Shown one piece after another: positions 1-12,213 of a stretch of 64,000 bases of DNA. This DNA is from an uncultured delta proteobacterium (GTDB taxonomy: Bacteria; Desulfobacterota; Binatia; UBA9968). The first letter of the stretch is position 1, and each line of letters begins with the position of its first letter. A model generated the notes under the pieces. That model was not told where the DNA came from. It ran no database searches and saw only the letters and a program-made list of their open reading frames with translations. A program made the translations under genes and the position numbers. The stretch covers positions 32,001-96,000 of the forward strand of contig CAWDPO010000002.1 of the NCBI GenBank assembly GCA_963804165.1, written 5' to 3'.

Positions 1-447
1 CTCGCCGAGGAGGCACGGAATAGCGGTGCGCATCGCTTCAAGATCCAACTCCTCGTGCAGGTGCCAGACGCGGTTCAGATAGAACGGCGACTTCGTGGAA
101 CGATTGAGGATGCGATATTCATACACCCGGCTGCGTCCATCGCGCCGCGCATCGAAGGAGTCGGGAACGATCTCGACTTCCCTAATAGCGATGTCGTCGG
201 GGGTAAGCGCGTTGAGCGCGCGGCGAATTCGGTGCGGATTATATATTTCAGCTGAAAAAAAATTGGCCACCTGTCCCAGCGCATGAACGCCGGCATCGGT
301 GCGCCCGGAGCCGGTTATCCGCGTGGGAGTCTTGAGAAAGGTCGAAACCGCTTGCTCCAAAACCCCTTGAATCGTCTCGCCGCGGGGCTGGATCTGCCAG
401 CCGTGGTAGCGGGTCCCATCATATTCGATGGTGATCTTGATGTTCAC
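1..447 (-). CDS. truA: tRNA pseudouridine(38-40) synthase, 3'-truncated by window edge
   Basis: Manual translation from GTG at 447: MNIKITIEYDGTRYHGWQIQP...GSGRTDAGVHALGQVANF (EYDGT..GWQ and GRTDAGVHA motifs); follows asd. Not in the ORF track. Confidence 0.95.
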   Translation of the reverse strand, partial: MNIKITIEYDGTRYHGWQIQPRGETIQGVLEQAVSTFLKTPTRITGSGRTDAGVHALGQVANFFSAEIYNPHRIRRALNALTPDDIAIREVEIVPDSFDARRDGRSRVYEYRILNRSTKSPFYLNRVWHLHEELDLEAMRTAIPCLLGE

Positions 448-536
448 ACAAGAATGGTTTCGGGTCTTGGGTTTAGCGTAGAGCAATCGGTCGTCGGTCA
501 CCGGCCCTATGATCACATTCGCCACCAGCGGGCAAG

Positions 537-1559
537 CTAGATGTAATCGCGGATCAGAATCTCGGCGATCTGGACGGCGTTCAGCGCCGCGCCTTTTCGC
601 AGGTTGTCCGACACGACCCAGAGGTTGAGACCGTTGGTAATGGAATGATCCTCGCGAACTCTGCCGACGTAGGTAGCGTCTTTTCCGGTCGCATCGATCG
701 CCATCGGATAGATGTTTTCTTCCGGCGCGTCAGCCAGTATGATACCCGGCGCTTCGCGGAGAATTTGCTTCGCTTCCGCCGCCGAAAGTTTCACCACGGT
801 TTCAACGTTGACGGACTCCGAATGGCTGCAAAACACCGGCACGCGCACGGTCGTCGCGGTCACCGGCAAATTAGGCTCGCCTAGAATCTTGCGCGTTTCG
901 TTGATCATCTTCACTTCTTCCTTGGTGTAGCCGTTCTCCAAGAAAGCATCGATTTGCGGGATGCAATTGAACGCGATCTGATGCGGAAACTTGTCTTTTT
1001 CGATTTCCTTGCCGTTGAAGAGCGCCGACACTTGCTGGCTTAATTCCTCCATCGCCTTGCGACCGGCACCCGAAACCGACTGATAGGTCGACACCACCAG
1101 CCGTTTTATGCGCACGGCATCGTGGATCGGCTTGAGCGCCACGACCATTTGAATGGTGGAACAATTGGGGTTGGCGATGATGCCGCGAGTTTGATAATTG
1201 GCGATATCTTTCGCGTTCACTTCGGGAACCACTAACGGAATGTCCGGCTCCATTCGAAAAGTAGAAGTATTGTCGACCACCACTGCGCCGGCGGCCACGG
1301 CGATCGGCGCGAATTTGGCGCTGATGCTGCCGCCGGCGGAAAATAGACCGATATCAATGTTCTCGAAGGAATCTTCCTGCAGCACTCCAACGCGAATCTG
1401 CTTTCCTTGGAATGAAAGTAATTGTCCCGCGGATCGCTCGGAGGCCAAGAGCCGGAGCTCGCCGACGGGAAACTCACGCTCTTCCAAAACTTCGCGCATC
1501 TGTTCGCCGACCAGCCCCGTGGCGCCGACGACGGCAACGTTGTACTTTTCCTTCTTCAC
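537..1559 (-). CDS. asd: aspartate-semialdehyde dehydrogenase
   Basis: [33 protein letters not shown] motifs. Confidence 0.97.
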   Translation of the reverse strand: MKKEKYNVAVVGATGLVGEQMREVLEEREFPVGELRLLASERSAGQLLSFQGKQIRVGVLQEDSFENIDIGLFSAGGSISAKFAPIAVAAGAVVVDNTSTFRMEPDIPLVVPEVNAKDIANYQTRGIIANPNCSTIQMVVALKPIHDAVRIKRLVVSTYQSVSGAGRKAMEELSQQVSALFNGKEIEKDKFPHQIAFNCIPQIDAFLENGYTKEEVKMINETRKILGEPNLPVTATTVRVPVFCSHSESVNVETVVKLSAAEAKQILREAPGIILADAPEENIYPMAIDATGKDATYVGRVREDHSITNGLNLWVVSDNLRKGAALNAVQIAEILIRDYI

Positions 1560-1565
1560 GGCTAA

Positions 1566-2653
1566 TTATCCCTTCGACCTTTCAATTCTGTCGCGGACCC
1601 ACCGGCCCATTTCCTTGCAGCCGACCAACTTGCAGCCCGGCTCTTGAATATCTGCGGTCCGATATCCATCGTTCAATACCGCTTCGACCGCGCCATCGAT
1701 CCGATCCGCCGCCGCTCCTTGATCGAGAGAGTGACGCAACATCATCGCGACGCTCAAAATAGTCGCCAGTGGATTGGCTTTGTCCTGCCCCATGATATCC
1801 GGCGCGGTGCCGTGGACCGGCTCATACATGCCGACTTTACCACCCAAACTGGCGGACGGCAGCATGCCGATGGACCCGGTAAGCATCGCCGCTTCGTCAC
1901 TCAAAATATCGCCGAACATGTTGGTCGTCACGACGACGTCAAACTGTTTGGGGTTGCGAATCAACTGCATGGCGCAGTTATCGACCAGCATGTGCTCCAA
2001 TTGCACGCCGGCGTAGCCCTCGTCTTTATGAATCTTCGTCACCACCCTGCGCCAGAGCTCAGTCACCTCCAACACATTCGCCTTATCGACGGAGGTTACT
2101 TTTTTTCGCCGCTTGAGCGCCGCTTGAAAAGCGACGTGAGCGATGCGCTCGATCTCCGGCGTCGTGTAGACCTCCGTGTTGACGCCGCGTTCGGTGCCGT
2201 CCGGCAGTTTGGTGATACCTTTGGGCTGGCCGAAATAGATCCCACCGGTCAGTTCGCGCACCACCAGGAGATCGGTTCCCTCGACCACCTCGCGCTTCAG
2301 TGTCGACGCCGAGGCGAGCGCAGAAAATAACTTCACGGGGCGAAGGTTGGCAAATAAACCGAGCTCTTGGCGCAATCCCAATAACGCTCGCTCAGGGCGA
2401 ATCGAGTAATCGAGCCCGTCCCATTTGGGACCGCCCATGGCCCCGAGCAATACTGCGTCACTCTGCTTGGTGAGATTAAGAACCGAATCGATGAGCGGTT
2501 TACCGTGCGCGTCGATGGACGCGCCGCCGACGATTCCCTCCTCCAACTCAACGTCAAATCCATAAAGCTTCGCCACCTGCTTGAGGACCTGAGTCCCCTC
2601 ACCCATCACCTCCGGTCCGATACCGTCTCCCGGTAAAACCGCAATCTTGTAGC

Positions 2654-2657
<4 letters not shown>
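1566..2657 (-). CDS. leuB: 3-isopropylmalate dehydrogenase
   Basis: [40 protein letters not shown]. Confidence 0.97.
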
Positions 2658-4219
<1,562 letters not shown>

Positions 4220-4260
4220 TTTCTCATCCCCTCGATGGTTGGTCCGTTGGCTCGCCCTAG

Positions 4261-4294
4261 AAATAAAAACTCCCGCGGCAGGGCCAACGGGAGT
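4261..4294 (-). terminator. intrinsic terminator-like hairpin between pssA and leuA
   Basis: Minus strand ACTCCCG-12 nt-CGGGAGT followed by TTTTATTT. Confidence 0.6.
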
Positions 4295-4324
4295 ATCAAT
4301 TTGCTTTTGACTAGAGTCAGGATC

Positions 4325-5182
4325 TCACGGCATCGCTTGCGCCGCCTCCCGTCTCCTCTCCCGCCGGTGCTTGTAGGTCGTTAAGCACCATAACAGAGGC
4401 CCGGATAACGTGTACAATAAGACAATCGTGAAAAACATAAGATGCCGCTCGGCAATGATCAGTGTAATCAAAACAAATCCAGAAACCAACATCCAAATCG
4501 GATGGCGCTTTCTGACGTCGTTATTTTTCAAGCTGAAGTATGGAATATTGCTGACCATCAAACCCGCCAAGCCATAAATCACCAACAACAGCGTCAAGTG
4601 GCGGCTTGGCGAGCCTTCGCCGCCGAGGTAATAATAGAGAATCACCGTAGAAGTGATCATTTGCGCCGCCGCGGGAATCGGCAGGCCGACAAAATGACTC
4701 TTCGACGCGCCGAGCGCCTGAACGTTGAAACGGGACAATCTCAACGCACCGCAAACGACGTAGGTGCACGCCGCCAGCCAACCCCAGGTATCCCATGGCA
4801 CCAGCGCCCAGAGGTAAACCAATACCGCGGGCGCGACGCCGAACGACACGACATCCGCCAAAGAATCAAACTCGAGTCCAAACTGGCTGGTGGTCTTGGT
4901 CAATCGCGCGGCGTAGCCGTCGATCCCGTCGCAGACATTCGCCAACAGGATGAGCAGCGCGGCAGTAACGTAATCGCCGCGAAAAGTGGCGATGATAGAG
5001 AAAAAGCCGCACATGAGATTGCCTGCGGTAAACAAGCTCGGGATCAGATAAACGCCCCGGCGCAGTTTTTCTTTGGGCATGCGATGCCGCAGCGACACCC
5101 GCGGCTTGCCGCGCCGGCGCAGCAGTCGAACATTGCCGCTCTCTTGTAGCGGATTAGGTTCTTGAGCATTCATGGCACTCAT
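4325..5182 (-). CDS. pssA: CDP-diacylglycerol--serine O-phosphatidyltransferase
   Basis: CDP-alcohol motif DGIDGYAAR...GLEFDSLADVVSFG; next to psd. Confidence 0.95.
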   Translation of the reverse strand: MSAMNAQEPNPLQESGNVRLLRRRGKPRVSLRHRMPKEKLRRGVYLIPSLFTAGNLMCGFFSIIATFRGDYVTAALLILLANVCDGIDGYAARLTKTTSQFGLEFDSLADVVSFGVAPAVLVYLWALVPWDTWGWLAACTYVVCGALRLSRFNVQALGASKSHFVGLPIPAAAQMITSTVILYYYLGGEGSPSRHLTLLLVIYGLAGLMVSNIPYFSLKNNDVRKRHPIWMLVSGFVLITLIIAERHLMFFTIVLLYTLSGPLLWCLTTYKHRRERRREAAQAMP

Positions 5183-5808
5183 ACAAACCTCCCCAAGATG
5201 GTTTCACCGCCCTTAACGCGTTGTCCCTCGGTGACCTCGATTCGACAACCCCGCGGTAAATAAGCGTCGGTGCGCGAGCCAAACATGATCAGACCAAACC
5301 GGTCACCGCGTTTTACGTTATCGCCGCGCTTAACCTTGCAAACGATCCGGCGCGCCATCACGCCCGCGATTTGCACAACCCCCACCGCGCGGCCGTCATC
5401 ATCGACGAGTTTCAAAGCGTTCTGTTCGTTGCGCGCCGACGCCTCTTCTTTGTAGGCGGCGAGAAATTTCCCCCGTTGGTAGCTCACCTCTTCGATTTTG
5501 CCCGAAACCGGACTCCGATTGACATGGACATCCAGGGGCGAAAGGAAAATACTCACTCGCGCCGTCGCATCAGCAAACCGTGGATCTCCTTTTATGTCGA
5601 CAATGCTCACTACTTTACCGTCAGCGGGAGAAACAACAAGCCCCGTACCCGTTGGAATTGTTCGCTCCGGATCGCGAAAAAAACCTACGATTGCCAGCGC
5701 ACATACTCCAAGTATAACGCCGATCGCCACCCAACCAAACACGAAAGCCAAAATAGTTACGGCCGCCCCTGCCAGAATGAGTGGATAACCTTCCCGAGCA
5801 ATTTTCAT
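5179..5808 (-). CDS. psd: phosphatidylserine decarboxylase proenzyme (short type)
   Basis: FFRDPER, SPADGKV, LSPLDVHVNRSP, FGS self-cleavage motif. Confidence 0.95.
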   Translation of the reverse strand: MKIAREGYPLILAGAAVTILAFVFGWVAIGVILGVCALAIVGFFRDPERTIPTGTGLVVSPADGKVVSIVDIKGDPRFADATARVSIFLSPLDVHVNRSPVSGKIEEVSYQRGKFLAAYKEEASARNEQNALKLVDDDGRAVGVVQIAGVMARRIVCKVKRGDNVKRGDRFGLIMFGSRTDAYLPRGCRIEVTEGQRVKGGETILGRFV

Positions 5809-5841
5809 CCGCTTTCACAGCCTGACTCGATCGCACCGCGC

Positions 5842-6876
<1,035 letters not shown>

Positions 6877-6913
6877 TTAAGAGTCTCCAATATGCCGGTT
6901 GGTTGTTGGTAAG

Positions 6914-6994
6914 TCAATCGCAAGTGTCCGTAAGACAACAACTAATTGTAATAACGCTAACCGAAACTACGCCCGCTAAGAGGCGGCTTCGCAT
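6914..6994 (-). CDS. candidate ilvC leader peptide (26 aa, MRSRLLAGVVSVSVITISCCLTDTCD)
   Basis: Short ORF ending 55 nt before the ilvC ATG; 8 Leu/Val/Ile in residues 5-17. Confidence 0.55.
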   Translation of the reverse strand: MRSRLLAGVVSVSVITISCCLTDTCD

Positions 6995-7023
6995 TGTGAG
7001 CTTGCTGTCCAGTTGCTAAAGTG

Positions 7024-7052
7024 AAAATAGAACTATGTGAGAGATCAAGCAA
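7024..7052 (-). promoter_or_regulatory. candidate sigma70 promoter for leader-ilvC
   Basis: TTGCTT-17 bp-TATTTT on the minus strand, about 30 nt upstream of the leader ATG. Confidence 0.4.
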
Positions 7053-7173
7053 ATCTCCGCGTTATGCCCGTTGACGAAAACTTTCCCGAACAGGTGAATC
7101 CGCGAAAAACTCTGCGTGGGTTTAAGTGGGTTTAATAAGTGGTAGCGCCAAGGAAAAGAGGTGAGTATCTTCC

Positions 7174-7467
7174 ATGAAGCGATTAGGTAAACATTTCATA
7201 ATAACGATTACGGCGGCCCTACTCTTTTCTGCAGCGTCCTGCGGCAAATCAGACGAAAAATCTGAAGGACCAGCGGAGCGAGCCGGCGCGAAGATGGGAA
7301 GAGCCATCGATCAAGCCGTAGAAAAAGCCCGTCCGGCCATGGAGAAAGCAGGCACGACCCTCAAGGAAACCGGTGAAAAAGTCAAAGAGGAGCTTTCCGA
7401 GGCCGTCGATAAGCTCAAAGAAAGCGCTAAGAAAGCCGCCGAAAAAATGCCCGATGACAAAAAGTAA
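7174..7467 (+). CDS. small lipoprotein, helical Lys/Glu/Ala-rich
   Basis: Signal peptide ending LFSAASC (lipobox-like), GAGG RBS, amphipathic repeats. Confidence 0.75.
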   Translation: MKRLGKHFIITITAALLFSAASCGKSDEKSEGPAERAGAKMGRAIDQAVEKARPAMEKAGTTLKETGEKVKEELSEAVDKLKESAKKAAEKMPDDKK

Positions 7468-7690
7468 AGGAGGCGCGACGCCGACATTCATCAGCGCGGA
7501 GACTAAAGTCAGAATCTTACGCCTGGCTTTATTGCTGCCCCGAAGTCACTCTTGCGCCGAGCGTCGCTCATTTCTCAGTTCCGGAGTCGAACGTAATTTA
7601 CCCAGCGGGGGCCGACGAACGCCGACTGACGCTGTTCTGATATCGAGCCGCGGGGGTTAATTCAAACGGGCCAGAGCTGCCGAACGGATG

Positions 7691-8212
7691 TCAGTTTTTT
7701 AGTAAAGCCGGCTCACGGCGCGGCGATGCAGTTCGTGTTGTTTCTCGGGAAATCGCGATCCGGCCGGTGCGCACCAGGTCTTTAATTCCCAACGGCTTGA
7801 GCATATTGATCATCGCTTCGACCTTATCGACATCACCGGTGATCTCGATCGTGTACGTGTTGGGTGAAGAATCGACGATCTTGGCGCGAAAAATATCTGC
7901 CAGCCGAATGGCTTCATCGCGATGCTCAGGCTTGGTATGCACTTTGATCAGCGCCGTTTCCCTGTCGAGAAAATGAGTCTCGGTCAGATCGACGACTTTT
8001 AGCACTTCAACGACCTTGTTGAGTTGCTTCATGATCTGCTCGATGATCCGATCGTCGCCGGCGGTGACGATGGTGATCATCGACGTCGTCGGATCTAACG
8101 TGGGAGCAACGGACAAGCTTTCAATGTTATAGCCGCGGGCACTGAACAGACCCGCAACTCTGGCGAGAACGCCAAACTTGTTCTCCACAAGAACCGATAT
8201 GATATGTTCCAT
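7691..8212 (-). CDS. ilvN: acetolactate synthase small subunit
   Basis: VENKFGVLARVAGLFSARGYNIESLSV ACT domain. Confidence 0.96.
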   Translation of the reverse strand: MEHIISVLVENKFGVLARVAGLFSARGYNIESLSVAPTLDPTTSMITIVTAGDDRIIEQIMKQLNKVVEVLKVVDLTETHFLDRETALIKVHTKPEHRDEAIRLADIFRAKIVDSSPNTYTIEITGDVDKVEAMINMLKPLGIKDLVRTGRIAISRETTRTASPRREPALLKN

Positions 8213-8224
8213 CCGCGAAAATCA

Positions 8225-10009
8225 TCAGGCAGGAAGAACGCCCTCCCCCTCATCGACCTTTCTCTTATGTCCTCCGCCTTTTTTCGCAACCCTGAGCTCA
8301 GGCGGATCTTCAAGCATCATTTCATGTTGCGCCCCGCCGGCGGGAATCATCGGGTAGCAGTTTTCATATGGGTCGGTATGGATATCCATCAGCACCGGCC
8401 CCTTGTGTTTTAAGCCCTCTTTCAGAACGGGCTCTACTTCGCTGGGCTTAACCGCGCGTAGTCCGGTGATACTGTAGGCATCCGCAAGCTTGACGAAATC
8501 CGGCATGGTACCCAAGAGGCTCGCCGAGTACCGACCTTCGTAGAAAAGATCCTGCCATTGCCGCACCATGCCGTGCACGCCGTTATTAAGCAAAACAATT
8601 TTGACGGGCAATTTACGCTCAGCGGCAACCACCAACTCTTGTAGGTTCATCTGGAAGCTGCCTTCGCTGGTTATGCAGATGACTTGCCGATCGGGAAATG
8701 CGATCTGGGCGCCAAGTGCGGCGGGAAAGCCGAAACCCATGGTGCCGAGCCCTCCCGACGTCAACCACGTCCGCGGCCGGTTTCCTTTAAAGTATTGCGC
8801 CGCGAACATCTGATGCTGGCCGACGTCCGTCGCCACGATCGCTTCGTGTTTCGTCAGGTTGTAGAGTTTTTCAATCACGAATTGCGGCTTGATGATTTTA
8901 TCGTTCTGCTTGTATGTCAGCGGATGCGTTTTTCTCCATTCATCGATTTGCTGTAGCCACGGTTTTCTCAGCGCTTTGATCTGCGCGGCGTTGCCGTCGA
9001 GCGAGCGAAGAATCAGGTTCAGCTGGCGCAAAACTGCTTTCACGTCGCCGACGATGGGAATGTGCGCGTGGAAGGTTTTCTTGATCGACGTGGGATCGAT
9101 GTCGATGTGAATGACGCGCGCCTCGGGACAGAACTCCGACAGCTTGCCCGTAACCCGATCATCAAAGCGTGCTCCGACCGCGATTAAAAGATCGGAGTAA
9201 TGCATCGCCATGTTGGTCCAATAGCCGCCGTGCATACCGAGCATGCCGAGCGACAACGGATGGGTGCCAGGAAAACTTCCCAAGCCCATGAGCGTCATGG
9301 TGACCGGGATTTGCGAGATCTCCGCCAGTTCACGGATCTCATCGGCCGCATCCGAGAAAATCGCCCCGCCGCCAATGTAGAGCATCGGCTTCTTTGCGCG
9401 CATGATCTCATCGGCGGCCTGCTTGATTTGGTTTTTGTTACCGCCGACCGTCGGATTATAGCCACGCAGGTTGATCTTGTCCGGATATTTGAACTCAGCC
9501 TTCGAGGTGCTCACATCTTTGGGGATGTCCACCAGCACTGGCCCCGGTCTGCCGCTTGTGGCGATATAAAAGGCTTCCTTGATCGTCTGCGCGAGGTCAT
9601 TGACGTCTTTCACGAGAACGTTATGTTTGGTGCACGGGCGGCTGATGCCGACGTTGTCGGCTTCCTGAAATGCGTCATTGCCGATGAGATCGGTGGAAAC
9701 TTGCCCCGTAAATGCGACGAGTGGAACGGAATCCATGTACGCATCGGCCAAGCCGGTGACGATATTAGTCATACCCGGGCCGGACGTGACCAATACGACG
9801 CCCGCCTTGCCTGTTGCCTTCGCGTATCCTTCGGCCATATGAGCCGCGCCCTGTTCGTGGCGGGTCAATACCAGATCGAGGTCCTTTTGCTGGCAGAGAA
9901 CGTCGAATATCTTCAACACCACTCCACCGGGCAAACCAAAAATTGTTTTGACCCCCTCGCGTCTGAGCGATTCACAAAATATTTCCGCTCCGGTCAATTT
10001 CATTATCAA
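8225..10009 (-). CDS. ilvB: acetolactate synthase large subunit
   Basis: RHEQGA, TSGPG, RFDDRVTG, SGGLGTMG; start may be 10003. Confidence 0.96.
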   Translation of the reverse strand: MIMKLTGAEIFCESLRREGVKTIFGLPGGVVLKIFDVLCQQKDLDLVLTRHEQGAAHMAEGYAKATGKAGVVLVTSGPGMTNIVTGLADAYMDSVPLVAFTGQVSTDLIGNDAFQEADNVGISRPCTKHNVLVKDVNDLAQTIKEAFYIATSGRPGPVLVDIPKDVSTSKAEFKYPDKINLRGYNPTVGGNKNQIKQAADEIMRAKKPMLYIGGGAIFSDAADEIRELAEISQIPVTMTLMGLGSFPGTHPLSLGMLGMHGGYWTNMAMHYSDLLIAVGARFDDRVTGKLSEFCPEARVIHIDIDPTSIKKTFHAHIPIVGDVKAVLRQLNLILRSLDGNAAQIKALRKPWLQQIDEWRKTHPLTYKQNDKIIKPQFVIEKLYNLTKHEAIVATDVGQHQMFAAQYFKGNRPRTWLTSGGLGTMGFGFPAALGAQIAFPDRQVICITSEGSFQMNLQELVVAAERKLPVKIVLLNNGVHGMVRQWQDLFYEGRYSASLLGTMPDFVKLADAYSITGLRAVKPSEVEPVLKEGLKHKGPVLMDIHTDPYENCYPMIPAGGAQHEMMLEDPPELRVAKKGGGHKRKVDEGEGVLPA

Positions 10010-10015
10010 AGCTCC

Positions 10016-10252
10016 CTAATGGGCGGCGCCGGCTTGGCGATGTCTCCCCAGGATTTCCATCATGCGGTCTTTGCCGACGAGCTTCAGTTTTTGGATTTTT
10101 TTCATCTCCACTTCTTCTTCCGGCGTCAGATAATGCTTATGTTGAAACTCCGCGAGCTTCTTTTCGAGCTCCCGGTGTTCATCGTAAAACCTCTTCAGCT
10201 CTGGGTCTTTGTCCAACAGGGAGACAATCGCGTGTTCATCTTTACTTTCCAT
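10016..10252 (-). CDS. DUF465/YdcH-family coiled-coil protein
   Basis: 78 aa, EH..LE..L...KK.KL..KD pattern; AGGAGG RBS. Confidence 0.8.
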   Translation of the reverse strand: MESKDEHAIVSLLDKDPELKRFYDEHRELEKKLAEFQHKHYLTPEEEVEMKKIQKLKLVGKDRMMEILGRHRQAGAAH

Positions 10253-10305
10253 ACGGCGGCCTCCTTTTTTAGATCAAAAAATATTTCGGCGGAAGTCAAT
10301 CTAAC

Positions 10306-11103
10306 TTAGGCTATTATCTTTGTCAACGAAGTTTCCGCCAAGATTTTCAACAAGTTAGATTGATTATTTTTGTTCTCTGCCTCCGCCCGGCGCAGATAAA
10401 CCGGTGCCAGCGTACCGACATCCTCGACCGACTGAGTCATGATCCGCGAGTGGGCAATTATAGCGATGCGCGATGCCACTGATGGATAATTCTCGCTGGC
10501 GGATAAGAGCGCGGTCGTGCCGAACGAGTCGGATAGCAACTTTTCATAGGCCTTCGCGCCATCGCCAACAACCAATAGCGACGCACCGTCCGCTGCGCAA
10601 GAATGATGATTGCGCATTGCATCAATTGCGTAGTTTATTGACATTACTGTGTCGGTCGTAATGCGCGTGAGGTTTTCGCCACTGCGGCGAAACAGACTCA
10701 TATAAACTTCGCCCTTGCGCGCGTCGAGCATTGAACAAATGAGGCCGTCGAAGTTTGTCACTCTCGCCGCATTGGCATGTAAGGTCGAAATACCCACCAC
10801 AGGAACTCCCGAATCATAGGCGACGCCCTTAACCGTCGCTAAGCCAATGCGGAGCCCGGTAAATGAACCCGGGCCGATCGACACCGCAATTCCGGCTAGA
10901 TCAGTGACAGTAAGCCGCGCTTTGCTCAGAACTGACTCGATCAACGGCAAAATGATCTCAGCGTGATTTCCGCGCAGTTGGGGCGCCGCGGCGGCGTTGA
11001 CTTCTTTCGTAGTGACGAGTACTTCCTCGGCCAACAATTCTCCATCGTCAACGAGCGCGACGCTCGCGTTAGCCGTTGCGCTATCGACACCAAGAATCCT
11101 CAC
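10306..11103 (-). CDS. tsaB: tRNA threonylcarbamoyladenosine biosynthesis protein TsaB
   Basis: ILGVDSAT, GPGSFTGLRIG, DARKGEVY, PVYLR. Confidence 0.95.
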   Translation of the reverse strand: MRILGVDSATANASVALVDDGELLAEEVLVTTKEVNAAAAPQLRGNHAEIILPLIESVLSKARLTVTDLAGIAVSIGPGSFTGLRIGLATVKGVAYDSGVPVVGISTLHANAARVTNFDGLICSMLDARKGEVYMSLFRRSGENLTRITTDTVMSINYAIDAMRNHHSCAADGASLLVVGDGAKAYEKLLSDSFGTTALLSASENYPSVASRIAIIAHSRIMTQSVEDVGTLAPVYLRRAEAENKNNQSNLLKILAETSLTKIIA

Positions 11104-12182
11104 CCTCCGACCTGCTTCTCAAAAAATCTGACGATGTCGTTATAAAATGCGTAAATCATCAGGAGCGCCAGGATACAAATCCCCACTTGTTGGGCCATTT
11201 CACGATATCGAAGGGCAACCGGTTTGCGGGTCACCGCTTCAATCAAAAAGAACAACAAATGGCCGCCATCCAGCACTGGAACAGGCAGGAGATTGAGCAC
11301 GCCCAGATTGATGCTCAAAACCGCCAGGAAGGCGAGAAAGCTGCCAACCCCCTCCTGCGCTTGCTGCCCTGCCATTTGAGCGATGAGGATGGGGCCACCG
11401 ATATTGCGCGGCGATACGTCGCCCGAGATCATTTTGAATAACGCTACCAGCGTGAGTTGCGCGTAGTCGTAAGTTTGGTAGAACGCCCGCACGACCGCGA
11501 GTCCGGGGTTTCCCTTTTCAATGGTAACTTGGCTGCTGATTCCGATGATCCAATCGTCCTTGGGCTCGCCGAAGACCGTGCGGCCTTCCTTTTTGATCGG
11601 CTGCACGACAAAGTTAAGGACCTCGGACCCTCGTTGTACCTGAACATTCAGCGATTTGCCGCCGCTTGATTTTATTGTTGTTGAAAGCTCTTGCCATTCC
11701 TTTACGGGTTTACCGTCGATGGCTAGTATTTGATCGCCTTTAACAATGCCCGCGCGGGCTGCGGGGGAGCTGCTTTCGACGCCGCTGACTTGCGTCGACA
11801 TCACTGGAACACCGTAAAATGTGAACACCACGATCAACAAGAACAGCGCGAGCAGAAGATTAAATCCGGGTCCCGCGACCACAATCGCAATCCGCTTAAA
11901 TAGGCTTTTATGCGCGAAGGATCTTTCAACGTCTTCCTGGCGGACTTCTTCGTCGGGATCTTCGCCGACCATTTTGACATAACCGCCAAGCGGAAAGGCG
12001 CTCAACGCGTATTCGGTTTCGCCGCTTTTTTTAACCCAAATCTTGGGGCCGAAGCCGACAGAGAAAGTGAGCACCCCGACTCCAGATAGCTTCGCCAGCA
12101 AAAAGTGACCGAACTCGTGAAAGACTATCAGCAAACCGAGCCCGATGACGGCGGCCCCAATTGAGTAGACCAGATTCTCCAT
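11100..12182 (-). CDS. rseP: RIP metalloprotease RseP
   Basis: HEFGH, PDZ domain, NLLPVPVLDGG. Confidence 0.96.
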   Translation of the reverse strand: MENLVYSIGAAVIGLGLLIVFHEFGHFLLAKLSGVGVLTFSVGFGPKIWVKKSGETEYALSAFPLGGYVKMVGEDPDEEVRQEDVERSFAHKSLFKRIAIVVAGPGFNLLLALFLLIVVFTFYGVPVMSTQVSGVESSSPAARAGIVKGDQILAIDGKPVKEWQELSTTIKSSGGKSLNVQVQRGSEVLNFVVQPIKKEGRTVFGEPKDDWIIGISSQVTIEKGNPGLAVVRAFYQTYDYAQLTLVALFKMISGDVSPRNIGGPILIAQMAGQQAQEGVGSFLAFLAVLSINLGVLNLLPVPVLDGGHLLFFLIEAVTRKPVALRYREMAQQVGICILALLMIYAFYNDIVRFFEKQVGG

Positions 12183-12213
12183 TAATATCTCCTTAAGATC
12201 TCCTCGGCACAGA

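Noticed and set aside
9200-10309. Long antisense ORFs (this one, 52606..53526, 16009..16965 and others)
   Set aside because: Shadow frames opposite conserved genes in GC-rich DNA, with no motifs.
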